Positions 37,675 through 51,416 of a stretch of 64,000 nucleotides of DNA are shown here, one piece after another (the stretch's first letter is position 1; every line of letters starts with the position of its first letter). The stretch spans positions 58,838,001-58,902,000 of the forward strand of contig NC_086377.1 of the NCBI RefSeq assembly GCF_036588685.1. Reading direction: 5' to 3'. Below the pieces are notes generated by a model. The model saw only the letters and a program-made list of their open reading frames with translations. It searched no databases and had not been told where the DNA came from. The translations under genes were made by a program, and so were the position numbers. Source of the stretch: Mytilus trossulus. Taxonomy: Eukaryota.

Positions 37675-38952
37675 TAGCTCACCTGGCCCAGAGTGCCAAG
37701 TGAGTTTTTCTCATTTCTTGGCGTCCGTCGTCCGTCGTCGTCTTCCGTCGTTAGCTTTTACAAAAATCTTCTCCTCTGAAATTACTGGGCCAAATCAAAC
37801 CAAACTTGGCCACAATCATCATTGTGGTATTTAGTTTAAAAAATGTGTGGCGTGACCCGGCCAACCAACCAAGATGGCCGCCTCATGTAAAAATAGAACA
37901 TAGGGGTAAAATGCAGTTTTTGGCTTATAACTCAAAAACCAAAGCATTTAGAGCAAATCTTACAATTGTTTATCAGGTCAATTACTATCTGCCCTGTAAA
38001 TTTCAGATGAATCGAACAACCTGTTGTTGTGTTGCTGCCCCTAAATTGGTAATTTTAAGGAAATTTTGTCCGTTTTCGCTTATAATCTTGAAAATTATTA
38101 TAGATAGAGATAAACTGTTCACAACAATAATGTTCAGCAAAGTAAGATCTACAAATAAGTCAACATGATCAAAATGGTCATTTGACCCCTTAAGGAGTTA
38201 TTGCCCTTAAATAGTAATTATTTACCAAATTTTCGTAAATTTTGTAATCTTTTAAAAAAATCTTCTCCTCTGAAACTACTTAACCAAATTTAACCAAACT
38301 TAGCTTCAATCAGTATTAGGGTATCTAGTTTAAAAAAATGTGTGCGATGACCTGGGCAACCAACCAAGTTGGCCGCCATTTCTAAAAATAGAACATGAGA
38401 GTAAAATGTAGATTTTGGCTTATAACTCTGAAACCAAAGCATTTTAAGCATATTTAACAAGAGCTTAACTTGTTTATTTAGTAAATATCTATCTGCCCTG
38501 AAATTTTCAGATGAATTTGACAACTGGTTGTTGGGTTGCTGCCCCTGAATTGGTATTTTTTAGAGAAATTTATCTATCTATTTGATCATTATCTTGAATA
38601 CTATTATAGATAGAGAAAAACTGTAAACAGCAATAATATTCAGCAAATTAAGAACTACAATTAGGTCACAGTTGACCCCGTAAGGAGTTATTGCCGTTTT
38701 AGTAAGTTTTTAACAATTTTCATGAATTAGGTAAATTTTGATAAGTTTTAACAAAATATTTTCTCTATTACTAAAGGGCCAAGTTTATTACAGATAGAGA
38801 AACTTGTAAATGGCACAAATGATCAGTAAATTATAATTTACAAACAAATCACCATCACCAAAACACAATTTTGTCATGAATCCATCTGTTTCCTTTGTTT
38901 AAAGTGCACATACACCAAAGTGAGCGACAAAGGCTCTTAAGAGCCTCTAGTT
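37675..38952 (+). mobile_element. Helentron-associated (HINE-like) non-autonomous element with ~495-bp internal repeats
   Basis: T-tract + agctcacctggc..gccaagtgag, (cgtc)n microsatellite, aaaatcttctcctctgaaa at ~37763 and ~38257, 3' hairpin aggctcttaagagcct + agttt; truncated relative at ~46330-46612. Confidence 0.75.
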
Positions 38953-41417
38953 TTATAAACCATGTTTACAAAAGAACAATTACTAAAAAAAAAATCTTAA
39001 AAAAGACATACATGTTTAAAATTTCGTTATTTTGTTTTAGTTTGCCAACACGATTTTTTATATATTCGAATCATCTTCTTTTGTGGCCATTTTTTTTATT
39101 CTGCTTTCGATGTTGTTAATGCTCTACCAAAATTTGGTTTAACATGATAACGAGGGTCCTGCTGCTTCAAATTTCAAATTTGATCTAGGCCGACATAGGT
39201 ATGCGTGTATGCATCGACCATTAAATAGGGAGGGGGGCATAGATTTGGATTCCGAAAATATGTTTTGAAATGTAGGCCTTTTTTTTAACTCCAGTTTCTG
39301 GCCAACTGTGAAATCAATTTCATTTAGACAAAATCGGGACCAGAAATAGCTTCATACTAAATTCGAGGGTCTAGCCTGTTTATTTTAAATTTGACCCAGG
39401 CCCCTCCCAAATATATATGATTGTATAAAGAAAAACCTTTTGTTTACCGCATACACTAGTTTGATTTGTCATTTCGGAATTGATCATTTACTTTTTCTGG
39501 AGTGTTGGTAGTGGGGAAGGGATATAGACACGGAAATTTTGTTCTGAAAAATTATCTAATGGACAAAATGGAGGCATTTTCTTACTAAAGGTGTTGGCAA
39601 ATTGTGAAGATCAGGGCCATACATATCTTCATTTTAAATTCATAGTATCCCTCTTCTTCTCCCATTCCCCACACACCCGTATTTAGGATGATACATGGAT
39701 GCTATTTTAGAAATGTTAGAATCCCACAAACGTGGATTCCACATGACATATTCAAAATACACATTGCCACAATGCATTTGAGCAAAAAGTGATAATACGC
39801 AGTTTGCAAAATGTACAAAACGTACAAATCTAACAGAATTAGCACTGTGAGAGTATATGCAGAACACAGCTGTTGCATGCATTTTTGGCCGATATTGGAC
39901 AATAAGGGTATTGTAGATTGGGACATACTCTGTGCCTTGCAACATACCAACTATAGACTGATCAAAGAGTTGTTACCTGAGTTCCAACGTTAAGAGAGTA
40001 CGTTTAAATTCGATACACAAGGCATATAATTTAACTTCCAAAGTCTTACCGGACTTGACAGCGTAATTGTACGTCCTGCTAAGCCAAACAGGCACCCCAG
40101 TATAGGAAGGGCTTGAAATTGAGGAAATAATTTTCCAGTCACTTTTGATTATGCTCAAAGACGGATAACTGAAAAAGTTAAATAAAACAATAGAAGTCAA
40201 CCGAGCAAACTAAGAAAGAAATAGCTAAATACAGAAGCAGTCCTTGTTGTTACAATCGTCATTCAGTTCGTGTTTAGAAGAAAACAATCGACACGACAAT
40301 AAATACCGATAATAACACTATTACAACCTCAATCCAAAGCCCAATTTGTACGTGTCTATACATACAAAAATATATTTTACTTTTTAGAAATTTAACTTCA
40401 ATACTCTAAGCGTCAAAAAATTTAATCCATTCACCGGACGCACAGTTTATATTTCGTTTATGATGTTCTGGTGTGCTGTCGGAAATTCATGCGCGTTGTC
40501 CATGTTATTTGGTTAACATGTTGTAATGTACTATTATAATACATATGTATTTCTCTGCGCTGAGTATTCTTGCGATTCTTTGTACTGTATTCCTGTCACG
40601 TGATATTGACATTGAAGTGGTATTGCTTACGTTACATAAAAAAGCGGGATGGTTGACAACCAATAAAATCAGGTACAATTCATCATTTTTTCTTCAAATG
40701 TATTGTACCACGTTAGAAAATGTTGGTCGTCATCTACCATGTCTACGTTTTTTTGTTTTGAAGAAACTGTTTTTATTGTAATCAAGAGAGTTCCTGTTGT
40801 TCGGTTGTTTTCTACTTATGGTGGATGTGTTCCATCAGGAACATATAATGCTTATTTATTCCTAATAAATTGGATGGTGTATCCTTGAGTGATGGTCTGT
40901 TTTAACAACTTCTTGGATAGCTTTCTCCTATTTTGGTTATGTCCACGTATTTAGATTCCCATTTCTCCTTGATTTGTTTTAGGTCTTTAGATCTTAAGTT
41001 AATCAATAGGAAATCTTTTATTTCAATTGACTACCAAGGAAACACGTAAATGAGGCTTTTAAAAAGGTGTCTTCCCTTTCTGTTTTTTTTTCTTTGTAAA
41101 TTTCATAGGTAATTTTATTTCATTATTTATACGTTTCACCCATTATTTTCAGTTCTTTATATATTAAAGAGAATTCGCTAATATCTATTTCTTATAATTT
41201 GAGTCGATTTTTCTCTATTCTTTATAGATTTTGCCTATTATTTCCTATTATCTGAGATCCATCGTATATACATCCTGCGTATGTGTAGATTTCGTGTCCT
41301 ACATGACACGGGCACCATTAGTTTATGTTAATTTTTATTTGGCACAACATTTTGGAATTTTGGGTTATCGATGCTCTTCAACTTTGTACTTGTTCGGTTT
41401 TATAACTATTTTGATCT

Positions 41418-41463
41418 GAGCGACGCTGATGAGTCTTATGTAGACCAAACGCACGTCTGGCGT
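41418..41463 (+). ncRNA. Hammerhead motif, probably inactive, in a retrozyme fragment
   Basis: CTGATGAgtct(tatgt)agac then CAAA instead of GAAA. Confidence 0.65.
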
Positions 41464-41959
41464 ACTAAATTGTAATTTATGAAGTATTTAGATGCTGATG
41501 TTGTGAGTATGATGTCTGACTGATGTCAATTAACATTGGTTTTTTTTCAACAACGAAAAAGAAGGAAACCAGATTAAATGAAGATTGAACCTAGATAACA
41601 CATATGTACTTTTGAAGATAACCCTGAATAAAATAAAACTTTTTTTTTCTGAAAATGATTTGGTGTCTATCAATTTAGAAATACGGACTAAAATATTTTG
41701 AAATTCAAAACATAACCAACTATTTTTATGGTTGTTTGGTTTTTGTTTAGACTCAATATAAAATATGACGTATAATGCCAAAGAGAACAATCGTCATACT
41801 AAAACAACTTACACAAATAATTACAAATATAGGTCCTCATCGAGGTCAAGGCTTTATGACAAACAGCATACACGTGCTCATTTAATGACCGCCAACAAAT
41901 AATACCTGGTTGCTTGTTGTAATAAATAACAGGTGATCAATTGATAGAGAAACAACCAA

Positions 41960-42610
41960 GAGAAGTACAGAAACACATCAAAACGGACATAACCCTAGAT
42001 AGTTGATGTATTTAGTAAAGATTTTACTGAAAGATTTTATCTGTAGACTCATTTGAGAACACATAATGGTAAAAAAAATCTTTATTTGATGTATGTGTAT
42101 ATTGTTTAGTCAGCAATTGAATTTACGCATCGAAATAAGAATTCACACTTAGTCTAATAAAAAAACATGTAAATGTGATATATATAAAGGCTTTAATCGA
42201 ACTTATTTATGAATTAATGGACACAAAACAATATAAACAATGCTGAAAAAAAGTTTTACTGTAATGTATGTATGAGAGGGTTTACTCGACTTAGTAACAC
42301 ACAAGGGAGATAAACCCTATACTTATGATTTATGTATTGAAGGATTTACTAAAAGATTTACTCGAGAACACATATTGGTGAAAATTGTTGTAAATGTTTT
42401 TGTCAAAAACCGAACTTACGAACGCATATAAGAATGCACACTGTAGAAACACCTTTAACATGCGATGTATGTATTGAAAGTCTTAAATCAAACTTATGAA
42501 TTTGAGGAACACATGATATTAGACGCAGGTGAAAAACCTAAAACTTGTCTTGTATGAATAAAATGGTTAAGTCGACAAGCGAATTTACTGAATTAATGCG
42601 TTTAAACACT
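41960..42610 (+). pseudogene. Decayed C2H2 zinc-finger array
   Basis: 42404-42470 reads QKPNLRTHIRMHTVETPLTCDVC; further H..GEK/GDKP-like linkers and CxxC remnants with stops and indels. Confidence 0.7.
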
Positions 42611-42689
42611 TTGGAATGTTCAAAGCACCGTATTCAAAAGAAAGGATGTATAAAAACAGAAACATTGGAAGGACTGTTGTCAAAACATT

Positions 42690-43790
42690 GAACAATAAAA
42701 TTGAGAATGGAAATGGGGTTTGTGACAAAAAGGACAACAACTCGACCATAGAACAGACAACAGCCGAGAGTCACCAATGGGTGTTCAAAGCAGCGAGTAA
42801 TTGTTGCACCCGGAGGAGTCTTTCAGCTGGTCCATAAACAAATATATATGCTAGTTCATTGATAATGAACGTCATATTGAACTCCCAATCATACACCAGA
42901 AAATAAATTAAAAAAGATACAAGACTAACAAAGACCGAAGGCTTCTGACTTGGGACAGGCGCAAAAATACGGCGGGGTTAAACTTGTTTTTTGAGATCTC
43001 AAACTTCCCCTTTACCTGAAAAAATGAACGCACAGTAAAATCCAGTTAAAGAGAAGTTGGAGTCCGATGTCAGAGTAGGAAACAAAAGAAAATTAACAAA
43101 ATGACAATGATACATAAATAACAACATATTACTAGCAGTAACTGACGGTCCAGTTCCAGACCTCTATTAAACTGATTGAAAGATTATGTCTTCATCATAT
43201 GAATCTTAGACACAACCCCTGCTGTTAGCGCTGACGTATTATACCATCATGAAATTTATGAGATGAAAATAACCTGTGTCATGCCAACATCTGGTTTTAG
43301 TTAGAATACATGTGTTTAATTCCGATGAAAATACCCTATAAATGAATCAATATTAAAGCCAAAATATGCAATCTTTAATGATATGACAACAGTATCGTTA
43401 CCATTTCCCTTATCAATAAGTATGCTTAACGATTTTGTTAGCTTTTGCGGTGAATACTGACATTTTCGTGCTTTGTTAAGAATATTACCTTAAATTATTG
43501 GATGTGAAAAACCCGAACGTATGAGATGTCAGCATTTTCAGTTTTATATACGAATGATGTCTTTATACTGATGATATAATTTAGTAAATGTTTTGACTTG
43601 TTTATGATATGCAAAACCCTGGTGTAATAGTTTTTCATTTATACATAAATTTCTCTCGCTAAAATCTTATATGTCGTTGTATACACGAGAAAATCGTACA
43701 AGTTGAGATATATAAACACCATAAGATGGTGACAGATCAACGTATCTATCTAAGAATTGATAATCAGCAATAGGATATATAAAAATCATC
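42690..43790 (-). mobile_element. Older truncated copy of the Penelope-like element (RT C-terminus + 3' UTR)
   Basis: Colinear with 52905-54030, including aaaattgagaatggaaat and cgtacaagttgagatatataaacacc. Confidence 0.85.
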
Positions 43791-44152
43791 TGTTTAATCA
43801 TAAATTTTTGTATTGAGGAAGTTCGCTTGACATATTTTGGGATTTTTGTCAGATTTTTCCTTTTGAATGTTTTTGAAAAATACCCATTGACCCCCGTTTT
43901 TCTATTTATAAATCTTGTACGTCTGTAAAAGTCTTATACAATTTTAATTATTTTTCGATAGTTTTTTAGAACTTTTAAAATTTGCCAATGATAAAGCTTT
44001 GTAAAGTCAAGACAGAATATTTTCAATGATTCGTGTTAAATTAGTGTTACGCTCTGCGCACATTAAGAACCCTTGCAACACCTTGAGAGGTCCATATGTT
44101 GCTTACTGTAAAATAAGCTTTCTCTTGTTTGGCTTTATAAATATTTTTATAT

Positions 44153-44198
44153 GAGCGTCACTGATGAGTCTTATGAAGACGAAACACGCGTCTGGCGT
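44153..44198 (+). ncRNA. Type I hammerhead ribozyme in a retrozyme fragment
   Basis: gcgtcaCTGATGAgtct(tatga)agacGAAAcacgcgTCtggcgt. Confidence 0.8.
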
Positions 44199-44799
44199 AC
44201 TAAATTATAATCCTGGTACCTTTGATAACTATTCTCACAATATCCAATTTACATTCATTTGTCAGTCCAATTTTCGCCAATCTCCATCGTTTGTTGATCA
44301 AGATCCACATTACCTACCTATAGAAATAATTGATGATTTTTTCTCGATCTGACCCTGTATGAAACATTCTACATTAAACAAACAATCAATAAATCAATCG
44401 GTAGAAAATTTTATTTTATACATAGCTCATTTGTCATTAAACTCCAGTTAGCGACCGATAGCATTGTGCATTTGTAGTGAAGTAGTTTCAATGTGAGGAG
44501 CCCACATCTTATAATATTGTGTATATTGTCAGGGTACATAAGCTTTAATTATAAGTTGAGACTTACAACTCAACTCATTTAATTTAATTGTTTGAATTGT
44601 TGGTTGCCCAACGTCTAGTTAGAAACGCCGTTCAATTGAGCAGAGAGGTTGAATTAGCCAGGAAACGACATAATGTATTAAACTTACTCTAAAGATTCCT
44701 GGAAAATAGCAGAAAACTGAAATCATCAATATTAATCATGCATCTATTTCATTCTTAATATTTCTATGAAGCTTTGGTGCCGTTCTCCACCATTTTACG

Positions 44800-45865
44800 A
44801 AATGGTATGCAGTGATTCAACTGTTTGAACCTATAACAGTTAAACATTTCTATCGCGATCGTATTTATTTAAAATTTATCTGAATTTGATTTTGTACTAA
44901 CACTTTTAATATGACAATCTATATTATGTCTGTAAGTAAAATTCAACGTAGGAGTTACGTTTTTATGGTCATTTGATAGAAAAAATAGTAACAAAATAAA
45001 TAGTTTCATCGATTAATATTCGTCATGATTCTAAACATATATTTATTTGTTTTTCGCAATTCGTAATCTGTACTGATAAGTCCTTTATACGCACGTGACT
45101 AAATGTCAATGATTACGCAATTTATTATATAAGACTTAGAACAGACCACCCTGATAACCGACATCGATGGATTACACATAGAAATATGAAGTCGTATACA
45201 GATTTATAAGTAAGTATCTATAATAACTAAATTAATTTGTATAAATGATTTTTGCTGGTTGAAAATAGCTAGCCATAGCCCGATCCTTTACTTACTGCGT
45301 ACCAGCGAAACAAATCCTGTGGAAGTTAAGATGTTAACTCTCACTGAAAAGTGAGTGACTGAGTTACAGAATATATTCATGAAACTTTTATGCCTTTCTT
45401 CTTTATTGATGACGAAATGTTTTGAATTAATTTATAGTTATTAAATTGTTCGAACCTATTCTTATAACACATTTCTATGGAGATTGTATTTATTTTTATA
45501 CTATCCGAATTTCATTTTGTATTAAACATGTTATCTGAAAATCTCATTTGTGTCTGTTAATAGAAATTCAACATACGAGTTGCGTTTTTATGGACTCTTA
45601 GTAATAATGATAATAATAAAAAAAGGTTTCACCAAGTAATTTTTGTGAGAGTGCTTCACACATGATAATTCGTTTTCCCACATTTTGTAATATGTACACA
45701 TGTACTAATAATTCATTGGTATTGTACATGACTAAAATACATTGATAATGCAAGTTATCATTTTAGACTTTGAGCAAGCCATCATGATAGCCGACATTGA
45801 TGAAGCATCAAGTGATCACGAATAGAAATATGAATTAGTATACAGATATATTAGTAAGTATTCAG
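44800..45865. repeat. Old tandem duplication, ~400-bp arms, period ~625-645 bp
   Basis: aacctat..acatttctat..gtatttattt at 44829 and 45453, through tatacagat..agtaagtat at 45196 and 45839. Confidence 0.65.
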
Positions 45866-48629
45866 AAGAGGAACGAAAGATACCAAAGGGGCAGTCAAAC
45901 TCATAAATCTAAAACAAACTGACAACGCAATGGCTAAAAATAAAAAAAGACAAACAGACTTACAATAGTACACATGACACAACGTAGAAAAAAACAAAAA
46001 AAACAACACGAATACAACCAAAACCTAGGGGTGGTCTCAGGTGCTCCGGAAGGGTAAAATAATGCAAATTAATGTATATGAATAATTTATATTTGGTTGA
46101 AAAATTTGGACAATTTCTTTTGATAACTGAACATATCATACAAAAAGGTAAATATACCAAGGAGTATAAACTTGACAGACAATTTATATTGTTGTAGGAA
46201 TCAATAGTACCACAGAATTTTGGCAGAACAACTTGCAATCCTAGTAAATTAATATTGGAGCCAAACTCATCTGCTAGTTGTGCATGTTGTGCGGCTAGCA
46301 CTCCCAATTTTATTTCAACGTGACAAAAATTGTCAATTGACCCCATTATCATGATTATTGCCCTTTTAAGTCAGTTTTCACAATTTTTCGTACAATTTTG
46401 TAATCTTCTACAACAACTTCTCTGAATTTACAAGGCCAAAATAAACCAGACTTGGTGTAAATAATCCGTACGACCTTTGAGTATCAAGATAATCGCCATG
46501 GCTAAAAATAGAACAAAGATGTAAAATGCAAGTTTTGTCCACTATTTTGAAAACCGTTATGAATAGAGATAGTTTGACGCTGGCTCGTTCATGCCTTTAG
46601 AGCCTCTAGTTTAGTTAAAGATCATTATTTTAGTGGGTGTATTATCTTCATATTAACTTGAAGCTTTGGTATGTTCACGCGTTATACCTCTAATAATCAA
46701 CATTTTGCAACTCAATCAAAATTTAGACATAGAAATGCTACCCTTGATTCTTTTCTTGAACTCACAAAACCTTATGTAGAGAAAACAAGAGTTTGTTTAC
46801 ACTCATATACCTCTTTCTCATTAAATGATACAAAAGAGGCTATCATAAAATAAGGAAAACATTGAGCAGTACAATAGATTAAAACAACTATTCAACAGAG
46901 TGTTTCACGAGTCAAGATCGTGATTTAATGCAACAAAGTCCTTTTAAATTGGCTGATTTGATATCAAAAATAAAATAAATAACTGATTTATTGACATTTG
47001 TGATAAAATTGTATCAAAGTTAACACATGTAAGATTAGAACTAATAACATTATGCATCATGTGGTTGAATATTTCAACAGTATTGTTTATCAGAAAATAT
47101 TCAGTTAAGATAATTTGACAAGATAAAACTTGAAGAATGATATGAAATGTGCTACAAATAATGTGTACCGCATATGTGATATGTTTATATTTTATCAAAG
47201 CAAAAATTTTGTAAACGTCAAATATTTGTATAGCGAATACCTTGCTATTACAAGTACATTTATAGGAAAAGACGCGTGCACTTTCATTAATAGCACATTT
47301 TGACATTTTTAAAGATCGTGATTTCTTTGTCTATTCTGTGTAAAATGTTAAATCATGTTGCATGCATCACATCGTTTCGGATATTTCAAAGATGGCTAAG
47401 ATCTGTTTTGTCACTAAAGTAATACCGAGTTATCGAAGTAACATGATATTTGTGATATTTGAACACATTTTAAATCTTAAAAGAAGATTTTCTTAATATA
47501 TTTGATAAAACATTTAAAATATAAAACAACAATACGAATTCAAGGGATGAACATAAAATTAAATATAACAAGGACGGAAAATATTAGTTACATTTTGTGT
47601 TAGTGACCTAAAATGATATATACAGGGTCAGTAAATTCCATATGGGGTGAGAGCGCACACTATGTAACGAATGTATCTTACCGACTATCTTTACTTGTTG
47701 AATTGAGACTAAAGTTGTCTTATTTGCTATCATAACACATATTCTTACTTCTGTATTAAAGTGTTCAAGTGTTCAATTTAAGAACCTTCTTTAATTGATC
47801 TGCACTATACAACAAATGTTAACGAAACAAAACAACGATTAATATTTATTATCAACAACCACACCATACTGTGCCGAATACAACAATGTGAATATTTTTT
47901 TTTTACAAAAATTGGTATATTAATTTCATCTCAGAACGATTTTATGAAATTTTAAAAGAATTTGTGACGAAGCTTAGGATCAGCAATAGACACAAAAGTA
48001 AAACGGAAGATAATACAAACAGACTCCCCATTTAAGAGAAGCGAAATATACAAGAGGGACATACATAATCGATAATCAAAAAGAAGGTTCATAATGACAA
48101 ACTAAATCCATAATATTTTTCATGTAGGTGTCTAATACATTGAATACAACATTTACAAACAAATATTTGCGTTTAGCCCAAAACAGTTAATAGCTTTGGG
48201 ATACACCAAAACGGAAAAGGCTTTGACACAAAAATTTGTTTAGAACAAAACAGATTGTTAGGTTAAAATGTGGCTATTGTGCAGTATTAGTATTGAAGAA
48301 TCAAACATGCAAATTAAATAGATATACAAAAAAAAAAGAATTTATGTATTCGTTAGTTGCAGACAAATAAAACGTTTATATATTTTTTTCAAATCGAATT
48401 GAATCTATGCATGTTATTTAGAATATGACTGGACAATAGATTAAGGGTTTATTTAACATAAGGTAACTTTCAGACCATATTTTCTAATGCAGGTTCACAA
48501 TTTTTTTATACTGGAAAGTAACTTTAGACTTGATAATTTAAATCATCTATAAGCAATGTAGCATGGGTTTTAATTTCTAAGTATATAATATTTAATTAGT
48601 TATCAAAAGTACCAGGATTATAATTTTAT

Positions 48630-48675
48630 ACGCCAGACGCGCGTTTCGTCTACATAAGACTCATCAGTGACGCTC
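48630..48675 (-). ncRNA. Intact type I hammerhead ribozyme in a retrozyme fragment (~48595-48838)
   Basis: Minus strand gagcgtcaCTGATGAgtct(tatgt)agacGAAAcgcgcgTCtggcgt. Confidence 0.88.
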
Positions 48676-49527
48676 AGATCAAAATAGTTAAAATGCCAAA
48701 ACAAATACAAAGTTGAGGAGCATTGAGGACCAAAAATTCCAAAAAGTTGTGCCAAATACGGCTAAGGTAATCTACTCCTGGGGTAAGAAAATCCTTAGTT
48801 TTTCGAAAAATTCAAAGTTTTGTAAACAGAAAATTTATACTATGAATTAAAAGAAAGTGAGTCGAAGGTTAAGACTTCGCACGTTATGTTTGTGATTGGC
48901 GGTACATGTTCGTGCATTCATTTTGACTGCTGTAAATTTAAAAAAAAAGACCTAGTGTTCTCATACACATGCGATATGAACATGAACTATTATAGTTTTT
49001 TTTTCACTCCACGAGACACAAAGATCGAAGTGATAGTATTTGTAAACTTTTGCAAAGTTGGATATTAATTGATTTGGCTATAACTTCAAGGTCCAATTTA
49101 GTAATAAGCTGCTCGCATATTTATATAGTACCACATTCTTGTTAATAGATGTTTTGGATATAAGAGTTCCAAATTAAAAAGTAAATCAAGAAAAGCACAA
49201 TGTTGCACAGTATTCTGTAATGATAATTACTACAATATGCTTTTGATTGGAATTCTTAAAGATAAACGGGAACAAATAGCAAGTAACATTTTTTTAAACG
49301 GACTAAACAATCTTGATTAAGTAAATAGTCTGCATAGGATATATCATTCTTACATTGATTGTTACTTTGATATTAATTTCTTTTTAATTTGAAATATATC
49401 ACTATATTTATACATCAGTTAAGAAAACAATGTGAACTATATTGAACACCATTATAATATTGATAAGTACGCAGTACACATATCACTTCAGGTTTGTTGT
49501 TGTAGAACGACTGTAGCAACACAGATA

Positions 49528-49546
49528 ATGGAGACTCACGATAGAA
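49528..49546 (+). CDS. Gene C probable first coding exon (METHDR)
   Basis: tgttgtag acceptor at 49504-49505, ATG 49528, perfect donor A|gtaagt in phase 1, joining in frame to 50660. Confidence 0.55.
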
Positions 49547-49623
49547 GTAAGTGTACATATGTCGGTTACAAAAGTCTCATACTTAGTTTAGTTTAAACAT
49601 ATTTATTTATAGTGGATTGGGAA

Positions 49624-49936
49624 ACAAGTTTTGCAACTTCTATTAATCCCTTTCCACTTTGCGGGTGCGAGTGCTGCCTTGTAGCGGCATTAGCCTGCTC
49701 TTTTTCGAAATCTACAAGGGTGTCTTTAACGTGCAAGAGATATGGCTCTCTCTTAACACGGGTCAGCCATTTATCGTCCCCGTCCGACGGACTATCATCG
49801 TTTCCTCAAGACTATACTCGCAAATGGTGTCAAGGGAGAGCCGAAAATTAAGTCTCTGAAATTTTCATCCCAGACGGGAATCGAACCAGGAACCTTTGTG
49901 TTAGTAGTCCGATGCACTAACCACTACACCACGGTT
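49624..49936 (-). mobile_element. tRNA-derived SINE
   Basis: Minus strand ccgTGGTGTAGTGGttagtgcatcggactactaacacaaaggttcctGGTTCGATTCCcgtc (A and B boxes) followed by a ~240-nt body. Confidence 0.8.
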
Positions 49937-50659
49937 CATACTTGACCATCGAGTTAAAAAAAAAATGCAATTTGCAAAAACTAAAAGTATACAGTTTTAT
50001 CAACTGTTAATTAAAGAACAAATTGCATAAATTTTCATTACATGATATAAATTAGAACCTTATAGTAACCACATAGTTTTTCTTGCTTTTTTTGAAATCT
50101 TACTGAAATCTGTCATTTTTCAAATTGAATCAATTATAGCGACCATTAAAAAAACCGCTTTCATAACCGTTTTGGTAAAACAGTGACATCAAACAATAAC
50201 TGTTCTGCGCTTACATGACAAATTTATGCTTTACATTCATTATTGAAACAATTTTTAAAGGATTACAGATTTTTATCATAACTGAAGAAATATATGAGAT
50301 CTTCACACTTTAGAAATAAATTATTCTTGACTTAGATGTAGAACTTCTCAGAGATACTTTGACGAAAAGTATGGAGAAAATACGATTTGAATCATATTTC
50401 ATTGTCCTTACAAAATACATGCACATGTATGCCTAAAAGGTACGATATGTAAACTTTTTTTTCTAATTAAGCACTTATCATGTTTCATCATATGATATAT
50501 ATTAAAAGGGGCATAATCCAATTAGAATCATAACTCATCGTCCTTACACATGCATTACCTGTATGTATTTTTAAGATAAGATATGTTAAAAAAAAGGATG
50601 CGACAATCGATGATTTCTCTAATATAGCACACATCATGTATCATCTTTCTTTATTTCAG

Positions 50660-50977
50660 GTACTTACCAAGAATTCAAGGTTGACCTCATACAGTCAACA
50701 ATACTTGATACGGATGTTTTAGATAACTTAATTTCAAAGTGCATTCTAACTCTTGACGATAGAGAGGAGATTGACAGCCTTTTAGATCAATCAAATCGTA
50801 ACCAGAAACTCTTAGAAATACTGATGCATCGACCATACAATACCTTTCCTGATTTTGTTGAAACGATGAAAAAATCGGATCAAAAGTGTCACAGTTCTCT
50901 TGTTGAAAGAATGGAGGCCAAAGTCTTAGATAAAGACTTGACTTTACAGAAAGCACAACTCACAGATGAAACAACCG
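50660..50977 (+). CDS. Gene C CARD-like domain 1 exon
   Basis: tttcag|GTACT...ACCG|gtaatg; 318 nt, open; VLDNLISKCILTLDDREEI. Confidence 0.85.
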
Positions 50978-51416
50978 GTAATGTACCTTATTTTGAAATG
51001 AGTGAAACAATTTTTTTTTGTCATGTCAAAGGCTTTCATATGTTATTATTTTGTATGGATGGTGCTTAGTGTCGTGTTACGGAGCGCACATAAGCTTTTG
51101 ATTGTTCAAAGTACGAACACTCCAAAGTTTAAAGATGATAACCAAGTTCTATGCTGAGCCATGAACTGCTTGTAGTTCTTACGTGTATTACGCTTTGATT
51201 TTGTAATAACCCAATCATAGATTAACTTCGACGGATTTGTATCCACATTTTTACAATTTGGTGTCTCATGCTCTTTAACTTCTTTTTTATTTTCGTTTAA
51301 CAGCTTGTCTGTTTCAACAGCCAATGACAATTTTTCAATGAATTCACTAAATAACGGTGACTTATAGTTGCTGATCTCCAATTCTGTTAGTTAACTACAT
51401 TAAAGGATGCTTATTA

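Noticed and set aside
49862-49936. tRNA gene
   Set aside because: A and B boxes are present, but the acceptor stem is poor and the sequence continues into a SINE body.
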